A DNA stretch of 64,000 nt from Hydrotalea sp. GTDB taxonomy: Bacteria; Bacteroidota; Bacteroidia; Chitinophagales; Chitinophagaceae. The stretch lies in assembly GCA_022402565.1 (NCBI GenBank), contig JAKRSC010000027.1, forward strand, positions 25,060 to 89,059, given 5' to 3'. Numbering within the stretch: position 1 is the stretch's first letter; each line of letters starts with the position of its first letter. Below, piece by piece: positions 19,359 to 27,732 of the stretch. The position numbers were made by a program, and so were the translations under genes. The notes under the pieces were generated by a model that had not been told where the DNA came from, ran no database searches, and saw only the letters and a program-made list of their open reading frames with translations.

Positions 19359-19832
19359 TTAAATGAAATCATTGAGGTATCCCAGATGTCGATACCAAAA
19401 GGTTTTAACTAGTTTGTTTAAGTCAGACTTCTGAATGCTTACAATTTTTAAAAGTGAAATACATGCCTGCTTTAATGGTTCCAATTCATTTGTTACAATA
19501 TGATATACCAGGTTAGGGTCTATTCCTCTGTAGTCATGCGCTAATCTGTTTCTCAATCCAGCAATCGCATCCCATGAAACAATGGCAATTTCTTCTTTTA
19601 AAGTATCTTCTATCTTTTTTGACTCTTCGCCAATAGCCAATAATAGATGACAAACAGCATTATACGATAGCTGATCGTTTGATTCAAACATTTCTTCAGC
19701 ACTTTTATATGGCTGTGCATAAATATTAATTTTCTCTATACTCTCAAGTATAGTTAATATATACAAGATGTTTTTCTCAGAATATTGCAATTCCCTGCTT
19801 TTGAATCTGTGCGAAAATAATTGGCTCAGCAA
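19359..19832 (-). CDS. hepT: HepT-like (DUF86/HEPN) toxin
   Basis: HEPN Rx4-6H motif in GLRNRLAHDY. The listed ATG overlaps the MNT gene by 56 nt. The real start is probably the TTG at 19790 (14-nt overlap) or the TTG at 19766. Confidence 0.75.
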   Translation of the reverse strand: MLSQLFSHRFKSRELQYSEKNILYILTILESIEKINIYAQPYKSAEEMFESNDQLSYNAVCHLLLAIGEESKKIEDTLKEEIAIVSWDAIAGLRNRLAHDYRGIDPNLVYHIVTNELEPLKQACISLLKIVSIQKSDLNKLVKTFWYRHLGYLNDFI

Positions 19833-20085
19833 ATTTCTTATTCACCATCTCCACCTTTTCAATACCCAATAATGAAGACAGGTATTGCTCTAAATAAACC
19901 AAACGCATATAGGGCATGGTGCCATTTCTAGGTAATTCATACATCAAATCAATATCACTAGATGCACTCTGTTCATTTTTAGCATAACTCCCAAACAACA
20001 CAAGCGATACAATTCCAAACCTTTTTTGCAAATAATCCTTTTGGGCTTGTAGTTTTTCAATAATATGATTTGTTTGTAAAAACAT
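19777..20085 (-). CDS. mntA: MNT-type nucleotidyltransferase antitoxin
   Basis: 102 aa. LFGSYAKNEQSASSDIDL (GSx10-13DxD minimal nucleotidyltransferase motif). Confidence 0.8.
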   Translation of the reverse strand: MFLQTNHIIEKLQAQKDYLQKRFGIVSLVLFGSYAKNEQSASSDIDLMYELPRNGTMPYMRLVYLEQYLSSLLGIEKVEMVNKKFAEPIIFAQIQKQGIAIF

Positions 20086-20093
20086 ATATGATT

Positions 20094-22508
20094 TTACTGT
20101 AATGTTCTTATTAAAAAAATCATACTTACTACGGAAGTCAAAACACCAGAAATACCAACTATTTCCGCTGTTGAAATGCCCTTTCCTTGTTTCCTTACCG
20201 GAACATATACTTCAGAGCCAGGAGTAATAGCTGGATAGTTTCTAAAGAATAGGAAATTCTTAGTGGTTGAAATAGATCCATTGGCATTCACTACATAACT
20301 TTTTCTTTTCTGCCCCAAAGGCAAAGCCCCCCCAGATTCGCGCAATACTTTTCTGAAATTCAACCCTGAACGATACACAATTTTCTTAGGAAAATATACA
20401 CCACTGAAGGTTTGAACGGTTTGTAGTTGCTGGGGTATTTTAATCACATCTCCTTCCATCAAAAAAATATCTTCTGTGGAACCAGGACTGGATAGTACAT
20501 TCAATAAATTTAAACCCAATAATTTCATTTCTCCTGAAAGTAAACTATCGGCTTGTTTGGCTTTAAGGGTATCAGAAAAACTAGACTTTAGTGTGGCTAT
20601 TTTATTTTTTAAAATGATTGAATCATTTGAGGTTAAACCTTCAAAAGTCTTTCGCAGCAAAAAAGCACCTTGAGGATAAGCCCCTTCTCTTAATCCTCCA
20701 GCTCTTTTCACCAAATCAGACAAACGCTCTTTGTTTCCGCTGATGATATAGGTACCCGGAAAATTCACTTCACCCTCAATGCTCACTTTCATTTGCTCTT
20801 TGTAACCAGCATTCCTGCGAACTACAACCACATCGTAAGGCTCTAGAGCGAACGACATGGTTTGCTCCATATTAGAATCCAAATCAACGCTGTACACAAT
20901 GGTAAACTTATCTATCTTCCCCACACTCGTATCTCTGTTGCGCCTAGCTACTTCAATTCTTGTTTTATTGGCACCATCTTTCAAACCACCTGCTAACAAT
21001 ACTGCATCCCATACATGCATTTTTTTTGCATAAGGCAATACGCCAGGACGATTCACTTCCCCTTCAATAGAAATATTGTATTCAGGTAATAAGTCACGGT
21101 AAAAATAAATGTGCACTGAATCTTCTCTTTGTAATGGAAATGCTTGTTGCCCACTTAGAATATCCCTCAAATTAACACCTATCATCTCTGGCTGATAATC
21201 TGTTCTTAGCCTTCTCACTACTGCTCTCTCCATATAGGCGTCTTCTTGTAATCCAGAAATAGATAGCAGGCTTTTTAAATCGTTGGTAGTATTTAATGAA
21301 TAAGTGCCGGGTGTAAGAACCGCCCCAAAGATTTGTACTCTATTTGAGAAACGCATCGATATTTCATCTATCATCAATTGATCCCCTGTTTGAAGCTTGG
21401 TGGAAGACCACTTATCTTGAGGAATGGTTAATGCTAACCTATCTTTCAAACCAAATCTATTAATTTTAACGAAATTCCTGTTTGCTTCATCCGACAAACC
21501 ACCAGCATACTCTATGACGCGACTCACCGATTCTTGGTTAGATAACTCATAGATGGCATTTCTCTTGACAGCGCCTCTTACCTCTACACGCGACACATAG
21601 GGAGACACTTTTATCACATCATCATCCTGCAACAGCTTGTTTTCGGTTAAATCGCCATTGAACAAATAACTATATAAGTCAAATGTAGCAATAGATTTTC
21701 CAGCACGAATCAGCTCAATATTTCTGTAAGACCCAATGGTGGTTGGTCCACCCGCTGCATACAATGCATTGGCAATGGTACTTACAGAAGATAAAGTGTA
21801 GGTGCCAGGTCTTGTTATTTCTCCAATCAAGTTCACTCGAATGCTTCGAATTTGTCCGAGGGTGATTTGCAAACTGGTATTCCCACCTTTTAAACCTGGA
21901 TAAATTTTAGCCAATTGACTTTGCAACTTGGCTTTAGCCTCATTGATGTTTAATCCACCCAACTTAATAGGCCCAATATTCGGATAACGAATGGTTCCAT
22001 CGGGACTAATGGTGAAGGATTGTGTTTTATCGGAGTATCCAAAAATATCCACCTTTATTTGATCCCCTGCTCCCAATACATACTGATTAGGGGTAGGTAA
22101 ATTGAGGTTGGGTTCAAAAGTGAGGTTATCTTTTGTGAAGATATCTGATCCAAAAATGACCAATCCATTGATAGAATCTGGTCGCGGTTTGGGGAGAAGG
22201 TAGCTAACCGGTTTTCTTTGGTCAGAAATTTGTTCTCCAGATTTTTTTTCGCTTCCTGCTCCTTGAGGATTTAAAGTAGACATCCTAGCCTTCAGCTTTT
22301 GGATTTGATCGTTCGATAGTCCACGTTCCCGTGCTTTAGACTCCAGCTCAGCTTCCGACAATCCAGATAGGTTATTGGCTTGAATAAACTGCATAATTTG
22401 TTGATCGGTCAGTTGGTCAATATTCATTCCGCCAACTTGTGCCATAGATTGGATACAAAAAACAGCCATCAATAGCAGCGAAAACAATTTTGTCTTCTGT
22501 AAAAACAT
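20094..22508 (-). CDS. polysaccharide export outer-membrane protein, Wza-like with multiple SLBB domains
   Basis: 804 aa. Signal peptide (LLLMAVFCIQSMAQ), a Poly_export-like YVLGAGDQIKVDIFG, repeated SLBB-type V.I.GEV..PG.Y units and a C-terminal TM helix. Confidence 0.8.
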   Translation of the reverse strand: MFLQKTKLFSLLLMAVFCIQSMAQVGGMNIDQLTDQQIMQFIQANNLSGLSEAELESKARERGLSNDQIQKLKARMSTLNPQGAGSEKKSGEQISDQRKPVSYLLPKPRPDSINGLVIFGSDIFTKDNLTFEPNLNLPTPNQYVLGAGDQIKVDIFGYSDKTQSFTISPDGTIRYPNIGPIKLGGLNINEAKAKLQSQLAKIYPGLKGGNTSLQITLGQIRSIRVNLIGEITRPGTYTLSSVSTIANALYAAGGPTTIGSYRNIELIRAGKSIATFDLYSYLFNGDLTENKLLQDDDVIKVSPYVSRVEVRGAVKRNAIYELSNQESVSRVIEYAGGLSDEANRNFVKINRFGLKDRLALTIPQDKWSSTKLQTGDQLMIDEISMRFSNRVQIFGAVLTPGTYSLNTTNDLKSLLSISGLQEDAYMERAVVRRLRTDYQPEMIGVNLRDILSGQQAFPLQREDSVHIYFYRDLLPEYNISIEGEVNRPGVLPYAKKMHVWDAVLLAGGLKDGANKTRIEVARRNRDTSVGKIDKFTIVYSVDLDSNMEQTMSFALEPYDVVVVRRNAGYKEQMKVSIEGEVNFPGTYIISGNKERLSDLVKRAGGLREGAYPQGAFLLRKTFEGLTSNDSIILKNKIATLKSSFSDTLKAKQADSLLSGEMKLLGLNLLNVLSSPGSTEDIFLMEGDVIKIPQQLQTVQTFSGVYFPKKIVYRSGLNFRKVLRESGGALPLGQKRKSYVVNANGSISTTKNFLFFRNYPAITPGSEVYVPVRKQGKGISTAEIVGISGVLTSVVSMIFLIRTLQ

Positions 22509-22638
22509 AAATTAGTATTTGTTAGAAGGATATGGCTTCGCCTCTCTCAGTCACAGTGCGCTGAGTTAACTGGTAGGCTAAACGATTGATTTTCAACGGG
22601 GGGATAGAAATACGAACACATACTATCCATAACGGGTG

Positions 22639-22669
22639 CAAATATAATGTGAAGGCTCTCGTTAACAAA
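22639..22669 (-). promoter_or_regulatory. candidate Bacteroidota-type promoter (TTTG-N19-TATATTTG) for the Wza-led operon
   Basis: The minus strand reads TTTG-ttaacgagagccttcacat-TATATTTG. This matches the -33 TTTG / -7 TAnnTTTG consensus known for Bacteroides-type promoters. It lies about 125 nt upstream of the ATG at 22508. Confidence 0.35.
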
Positions 22670-22706
22670 TTTTTGTTTTACGGGAATTTCCACATATAGG
22701 GGGGGT

Positions 22707-23141
22707 AGTCTTTGGTTTTTGGTCTTTGGTCTTTGGTCTTTAGTCTTTAGTCTTTGGTCTTTAGTCTTTGGTCTTTAGTCTTTGGTCTTTGGTGTCATAG
22801 CCTTTGTTATTGGAACTCCAAACAAAAATTGGATTGTTTTTTATGTGGGATTAAAAAAATGTATTGCTATAAGAAGTCTATTACATTTTTATTGTTCTTT
22901 TCCCTACTTTCTTTTGCTTTCCGCCCCCAAAAAATTTTGGGGCGGATCACTAAAGGCCTACAGTGCAAACGGTCCCTGAGGCTTCCCGAAAAATCGGGAC
23001 AGGTCCCGAATGCTTACCCTGAGCTTCCCGAATAGTCGGGACAGGTGTCGAAGGGGATCGGTCAGGCTTCGAAGGGCCGTGCATTTTGCCTTGCCCACGC
23101 GCCAACTCCAGTCCGCCCAAAAGATTTTCATTTGGGCGGAC
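22707..23141 (+). repeat. mosaic intergenic repeat, copy R1 (heptamer array + body B + palindrome P + module C + 2x module D + hairpin)
   Basis: 22707-22790 is 12 tandem heptamers (GGTCTTT/AGTCTTT). 22791-22920 is the AT-rich body GGTGTCATAGCC...CCCTACTTTCTTTTGCTTT. 22921-22945 is CCGCCCCCAAAAAATTTTGGGGCGG, followed by ATCACTAAAGGCCTACAGTGCAAACGGTCCCTGAGG. Two TTCCCGAAnAnTCGGGACAGGT units follow. 23111-23141 is the hairpin GTCCGCCCAAA-N9-TTTGGGCGGAC. Near-identical blocks recur at eight or more other sites. Confidence 0.9.
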
Positions 23142-23470
23142 AGCGACGGTTATTTTATTTTTAACCTTTGCCGCTGTGCAACAAGGGTTGGCACTTCGAT
23201 TATAGAAATGTTTCTTTAGTTGCAGATCTCTAAGTAGAATGATTTTTTTGAAATTAATTTACAATTAATGCGGACTTTGAGTCACGACATTTACAGTAGC
23301 ATCGTCTTGTATAGGTAATTAAGCTATTCAATTTTACCCATATCTCGACTTTGTTTTGCTAGCCTATACTGCAACAGCGGTTCTGTTCTTCACCAACAAC
23401 CATAATAAGCTTATTCGTGGTATATTAATTGTTAAATAGCTATTCTCTATTGCATTCCTTTTAGAGCAGT

Positions 23471-23630
23471 CTCTGAAGTTCCCGAATACTTGCCCTGAGG
23501 TTCCCGAATAATCGGGACAGGTCTCGAAGGGGTGTTGTTTGGTTTTTATATTGAATGATCTACATTCGATTTAAAATAGAGCAATAGTTCAACTCCTATT
23601 TACTTGCCCCTACTTTCTTTTGCTTTCCGT
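23471..23630 (+). repeat. repeat fragments (module D, then B-tail)
   Basis: 23471-23532 is CTGAAGTTCCCGAATACTTGCCCTGAGGTTCCCGAATAATCGGGACAGGTCTCGAAGGGG. 23591-23629 is AACTCCTATTTACTTGCCCCTACTTTCTTTTGCTTTCCG (compare 39051-39090). Confidence 0.8.
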
Positions 23631-23711
23631 CTCAAGAAATATTTCATACCATTTATAATTGCAACCATTTTTTAATAGATTATTTAGCATTCCATCGGCT
23701 TTTTCGCATCG

Positions 23712-23719
23712 TACATTTG
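23712..23719 (+). promoter_or_regulatory. candidate -7 box TACATTTG upstream of the zeta-like gene
   Basis: Matches TAnnTTTG, 29 nt upstream of the ATG at 23748. No good TTTG at the -33 position. Confidence 0.25.
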
Positions 23720-23747
23720 CACTAACTAATCATGTAGATTTGCTGAT

Positions 23748-24332
23748 ATGGCGGATAAAAATCTTTACATAATTGCTGGTTGTAATGGTGCGGGCAAGAC
23801 GACAGCGTCATTCACTATTTTACCCGAAATTATTGACTGTAAAGAGTTTATAAATGCCGATGAAATTGCCAAAGGGCTATCACCGTTTCAACCCGAAAAG
23901 GTATCTTTTGAAGCTGGACGAATTATGCTGAATAGAATAGCAGAACTGTTAGAGAGTAATGAAAGTTTTGCTTTTGAAACAACTTTATCGACAGTAAGTT
24001 ATAAGCAGAAAGTTTATGAAGCGAGACAAAAAGGATTTAACATAACACTACTTTTCTTCTGGCTTCAGAGTGTAGAGTTAGCAAAGGAACGAGTCAAAAT
24101 TAGGGTTACAGAAGGCGGACATAATATTGAGCCAGATGTTATTGAAAGACGATATCTTAGAGGAATAAAAAACTTGTTCAACATTTACCTTCCTATTGTA
24201 GATGGCGCATTAATTTTCGACAACTCGTTTGGCAAACATATCTTAATTGCAAAACAAATGATAGGCAATGATTTAGAAATTATTGACAGTTCAAAATTCA
24301 CCCTTCTAAAAAAGTATCATGACAACGACTGA
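23748..24332 (+). CDS. zeta-toxin-like / COG4185-type P-loop kinase-fold ATPase
   Basis: 194 aa. Walker A at the extreme N-terminus (IIAGCNGAGKTT), a FETTLS segment, and size and architecture typical of zeta-toxin family proteins. Confidence 0.65.
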   Translation: MADKNLYIIAGCNGAGKTTASFTILPEIIDCKEFINADEIAKGLSPFQPEKVSFEAGRIMLNRIAELLESNESFAFETTLSTVSYKQKVYEARQKGFNITLLFFWLQSVELAKERVKIRVTEGGHNIEPDVIERRYLRGIKNLFNIYLPIVDGALIFDNSFGKHILIAKQMIGNDLEIIDSSKFTLLKKYHDND

Positions 24333-24468
24333 AAAACAGGCTGAACTCTACAATAAAATACTTTTAGGACTTGAAAAGGTTTATGAAAAACTAATTGAGT
24401 TTAAAAAGCAAAAGAAGTCCGAACTTGTTGTTATGAAGGGCAACAAGATTGTAAAAGTAAAACCTTAA
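24319..24468 (+). CDS. 49-aa micro-ORF overlapping the zeta-like gene by 14 nt (possible partner/antitoxin)
   Basis: ATG at 24319, TAA at 24466-24468. Product: MTTTEKQAELYNKILLGLEKVYEKLIEFKKQKKSELVVMKGNKIVKVKP. Below the 60-aa ORF-track cutoff. Predicted helix plus a short beta tail, lysine-rich. Confidence 0.35.
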   Translation: MTTTEKQAELYNKILLGLEKVYEKLIEFKKQKKSELVVMKGNKIVKVKP

Positions 24469-24567
24469 TAAAATGCCTATCGCGAAAATTTTTTTAGGTG
24501 GTATGAACAAACTTGATGTATTAAGGTTTTCCTGAAATCTAGAAACCGTGGTTTGTGACTTTTGAAT

Positions 24568-25031
24568 AGTCTTTAGTCTTTGGCCTTTAGTCTTTGGTCT
24601 TTGGTGTCATGGCCTTTTTTTGGAATTCCGAACAAAAATTGGATTGTTTTTTATGTGGGATTTAAAAAATGTATTGCTATAAGAAGTCTATTACATTTTT
24701 ATTGTTCTTTTCCCTACTTTCTTTTGCTTGAACAAAAGAAAGTAGCAAAGAAAATTCAAGTGTTTACACCCTGACCGAAAGCGTCAGGAGCAAACCCAAT
24801 TCCGCCCCATTAAAAATTATGGGGCGGACGTTTTGGCTGGCCAACGCCACCATCGCTGAAAGCCTGCTGTCCACGCGGACCTCAGCGAGCCGCTGTGTCC
24901 AGCTAGGCTAGCAATGCGTTTCTATAATCGCATTTTTAAAAAGCATAAAAAAGGTACATAAGGTAAGAAAATGCTGCACTTCAGCTAGTATTTTAAATGA
25001 ACCAAAGACCAATACCCAAAGACTAAAGACC
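24568..25031. repeat. mosaic repeat copy R3, bounded by inverted heptamer arrays (MITE-like architecture)
   Basis: Left end 24568-24602 is 5 heptamers (AGTCTTT...GGTCTTT). Body B runs from 24603. Hairpin 24714-24745 is CTACTTTCTTTTG-cttgaa-CAAAAGAAAGTAG. GC-clamp hairpin 24802-24827 is CCGCCCCAT-N8-ATGGGGCGG followed by ACGTTTT. The module C tail ends ...CCGCTGTGTCCAGCTAGGCT at about 24910. Right end 25004-25031 is 4 inverted heptamers (AAAGACC AATACCC AAAGACT AAAGACC). Confidence 0.85.
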
Positions 25032-25079
25032 TTCCTTTAAGGCCTAAGATAGCGGGCGATAGAAACCAGAAACAACCCT

Positions 25080-26375
25080 TTACAACCTACAATCCACTTC
25101 ATTCCTCGGCAAAACCGACTTGGTATCAAACACCACGGCAGAGGGTGATTTCTTGAGAGATGCTATGTTGAGTTCTAAGAATTCTTTGTGCGCAACTGCT
25201 AAAATAATTCCATCAAATTGGCCTTGAATACTAGACGACAGCTCAATATCATATTCCTTTTTTACTTCATCGGCATGAGCATGCGGGTCATAAACATCTG
25301 GTCGAATTCCATAATCTATTAATTCATTGTAAATATCAACCACACGCGAATTGCGGATATCTGGACAGTTTTCTTTAAAAGTGATCCCTAGTATGAGAAT
25401 TTTAGCGTTTGCAATAAGCATCCCGCTTTTTATCATCATCTTAATCAACTTGGAAGCTACGAAACTTCCCATGTAATCATTCACCCTTCTACCACTTAAA
25501 ATGACTTGTGGATGATAACCGAGGCTTTCAGCTTTATGAGCTAAATAGTATGGATCTACACCAATACAATGACCACCTACTAATCCAGGTTTGAATTTTA
25601 GAAAATTCCATTTAGATCCAGCAGCTTCCAGCACATCGTGTGTATCGATATTCATTTTGTCGAAAATCAAAGCCAACTCATTCACAAAAGAAATATTAAT
25701 ATCACGTTGTGCATTTTCAATGGCCTTAGATGCTTCTGCAACGCGAATGCTGGGTGCCAGATGTGTACCGGCTGTAATAATACTTCCATACAGCGCATCC
25801 ACAAATTGAGCGATTTCAGGGGTTGATCCAGATGTTACTTTTTTAATTTTTGTGAGTGTATTCACCTTATCGCCAGGATTGATTCTTTCTGGAGAATATC
25901 CGCAATAAAAATCGCGCTGGAATTTCAATTTTGAAGCCCTCTCTAGAACAGGCACACAATCCTCTTCAGTACAACCAGGGTACACTGTGGATTCATAAAT
26001 AACCACATCCCCTTTTTTCAATACTTGTCCTACCATTTCAGAAGCCGACAATAAAAAACGAAGATTAGGAGCTTTGAATTGATCAATAGGAGTTGGGACA
26101 GTTATAATAAAGACATCGCAGCGGTTGATATCTTTTAATTGATTGGTAAATTGAAGTCCAATATAACTTGTTGAATCAGCAACTATTGCAGTTTTTAGCT
26201 CTTCGAGATTAGCCTCATTTGTTCTATCTATACCATTTAGAAGTTCTTGAACTCGATTTGCATCAGTATCAAAGCCAATAACAGGGTATTTTTTTGAGAA
26301 AGCAAGTGCCAGTGGTAATCCAACATAACCTAACCCAATCACAGCAATCTTAGTTTGAGATAATTTTTGTTCCAT
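25080..26375 (-). CDS. nucleotide-sugar 6-dehydrogenase (UDP-GlcNAc/ManNAc dehydrogenase type; TviB/WecC/Cap5O-like)
   Basis: Rossmann KIAVIGLGYVGLPLALAF and catalytic-Cys motif GGHCIGVDPYY. The start is taken at MEQKL (26375); an alternative ATG lies two codons upstream (26381). Confidence 0.8.
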   Translation of the reverse strand: MEQKLSQTKIAVIGLGYVGLPLALAFSKKYPVIGFDTDANRVQELLNGIDRTNEANLEELKTAIVADSTSYIGLQFTNQLKDINRCDVFIITVPTPIDQFKAPNLRFLLSASEMVGQVLKKGDVVIYESTVYPGCTEEDCVPVLERASKLKFQRDFYCGYSPERINPGDKVNTLTKIKKVTSGSTPEIAQFVDALYGSIITAGTHLAPSIRVAEASKAIENAQRDINISFVNELALIFDKMNIDTHDVLEAAGSKWNFLKFKPGLVGGHCIGVDPYYLAHKAESLGYHPQVILSGRRVNDYMGSFVASKLIKMMIKSGMLIANAKILILGITFKENCPDIRNSRVVDIYNELIDYGIRPDVYDPHAHADEVKKEYDIELSSSIQGQFDGIILAVAHKEFLELNIASLKKSPSAVVFDTKSVLPRNEVDCRL

Positions 26376-26454
26376 GCACATATTGAAAGGTTATATATCG
26401 AGGATTTACAGAGACCAAATGTACTGGTTGGTGAGGGATATTTCATGTTGATTT

Positions 26455-26590
26455 TTGTCCCCTTTACCGAAATCATCCCGCACGGCCCCTGAGGTTCCCG
26501 AATGGTTAACCGGGGGTTCGAGAGCCTCACCCACCGGCTGAAATTATAGGTCCCTGAAGTTCCCGAATAATAGGGACAGGTCTCGAAGAG
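26455..26590 (+). repeat. repeat modules G + D
   Basis: TTTTTGTCCCCTTTACCGAAATCATCCCGCACGG (compare 31545-31575), then CCCTGAGGTTCCCGAATGG...GGTTCGAGAGCCTCACCCACCGG (found inverted at 31930-31975), then GTCCCTGAAGTTCCCGAATAATAGGGACAGGTCTCGAAG. Confidence 0.8.
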
Positions 26591-26878
26591 TTGTTTTTTG
26601 CCTTTAGTCTTTGGTCTTTGGTGTCATGGCCTTTTTTTGGGAATTCCGAACAAAAATTAGATTGTTTTTTATGTGGGATTAAAAAAATGTATTGCTATAA
26701 GATGTCTATTACATTTTTATTGTTCTTTTCCCTACTTTCTTTTGCTTTCCGCCCCCAAAAAATTTCGGGGGCGGATCACTAAAGGCCTACAGTGCAAGCG
26801 GTCCCTGAGACTTTCCGAAGGACCGGGCTGTTATCAACTAAAGACCAATTCCCAAAGACCAAAGACAGAAAAAACAAC
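26590..26878. repeat. mosaic repeat copy R4: compact 289-bp unit with ~30-bp imperfect terminal inverted repeats (MITE-like)
   Basis: Left end is GTTGTTTTTTGCCTTTAGTCTTTGGTCTTTGG. The reverse complement of the right end is GTTGTTTTTTCTGTCTTTGGTCTTTGGG. Internally it has body B, palindrome 26749-26774 CCGCCCCCAAAAAATTTCGGGGGCGG and a truncated module C. The right end touches the AbiEii stop codon (26878-26880). Confidence 0.85.
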
Positions 26879-27732
26879 TACTCCTTCACCTTCAAATGGT
26901 TCATCAAATCGAGGAAATACTGAGGTGACCAAATCTGTAAGTCTAAGGGTTTTTGAATGAACGGGAGCACATCGACCTTAACCTGCTCCATATTGACAGA
27001 GGTAATTTTTTCAGCCAACATATCCCTTAATTCTGATACAGTAACTGTATCTTTTGACCAGTCGCCGCTTTCTTTTGCACGTTGGGTAAAATGCTGCAGG
27101 TTTAATGGAACACCTTTTCTGATATACCACTCCATATCGTACCAATCTCTTCCTTTTACCCTGTTTTTCCATTTTCTGAATAAGAGCGCATGCATTTTGC
27201 CAGCAAATAAATCGGGTAGCGTAAAGCAATTCACATAAAATGAAAATGGCTTAAGCAACAACAATTGCTCTGTTTCGAATGGTAAAGCGGGATGGGTATC
27301 TACTTCCAGTTTTATTTTGATAGAGGGTTTTACTTTGAGATTCAGTTGAGGGATGGTGTTTTCTAATACCAATTCACTCCACAAAGTTTCTGACTTTAAA
27401 AATGCCGAATCAACGGCTGTTTTAAATGATTTTTGTTTCTGCGCAATGCTTACTTTCAAACCCACTGAATCAAATTCTTGCTCTACGTGTTGTAAGAAAG
27501 GATGCATCTTAAACTCGGGATTCTTTGCTAATAATGAAAAGTCAAGGTCTTCAGAAAATCTATTCAAACCATGAAATATTCTCAAAGCAGTGCCTCCGTA
27601 AAAAGCAGCATACTTAAAAAAATGAGCTCTGTATAACCCTGCTAAAGCCACTTCCTGCATAATTTCTCGCAGTGCGTTCTCTGCACTATACTGGTTTTGG
27701 GGCTGATAACTATCTAACCATTCTTTGATCAT
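26878..27732 (-). CDS. AbiEii/AbiGii-family nucleotidyltransferase toxin
   Basis: 284 aa. FYGGTALRIFHGLNRFSEDLDFSL is the hallmark N-terminal NTase motif of AbiEii. Overlaps the AbiEi gene by 4 nt. Confidence 0.8.
   Translation of the reverse strand: MIKEWLDSYQPQNQYSAENALREIMQEVALAGLYRAHFFKYAAFYGGTALRIFHGLNRFSEDLDFSLLAKNPEFKMHPFLQHVEQEFDSVGLKVSIAQKQKSFKTAVDSAFLKSETLWSELVLENTIPQLNLKVKPSIKIKLEVDTHPALPFETEQLLLLKPFSFYVNCFTLPDLFAGKMHALLFRKWKNRVKGRDWYDMEWYIRKGVPLNLQHFTQRAKESGDWSKDTVTVSELRDMLAEKITSVNMEQVKVDVLPFIQKPLDLQIWSPQYFLDLMNHLKVKE

Noticed and set aside
22921-22945. GC-clamped palindromes CCGCCCCCAAAAAATTTTGGGGCGG as intrinsic terminators
   Set aside because: The A/T tracts lie inside the stem and loop rather than trailing the stem, and no U-run follows in most copies. 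The exception is 24802-24834, which is followed by ACGTTTT. I therefore did not annotate them as terminators. A protein-binding or cruciform role seems at least as likely.
22754-23219. Small ORFs inside the repeat modules. Includes 22754..23035, 22782..22979 and 23010..23219. Analogues: 24580..24774, 26591..26782, 26673..26960, 28460..28642, 32784..33166, 38966..39267, 53110..53310.
   Set aside because: They overlap one another in different frames and strands and exist only because the same DNA modules recur. Copies differ by indels that shift the frame (for example MVFGVIAFVIGTPNKNW vs MAFSLWSLVSWPFFGIPNKNW). This argues against protein-level constraint.
23220-23470. Unassigned 250 bp between R1 and the module D fragment (possible gene remnant)
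   Set aside because: All six frames are broken by stops and I recognised no motif or repeat module. It is left unannotated.
26500-26530. tRNA-like T-loop motifs (GGTTCGAGAGCC at ~26508; GGTTCGAATTGCC at ~32927)
   Set aside because: The flanking bases do not form T-stem, acceptor or anticodon arms. The motifs are embedded in dispersed repeat modules, and the second is an insertion private to copy R7.
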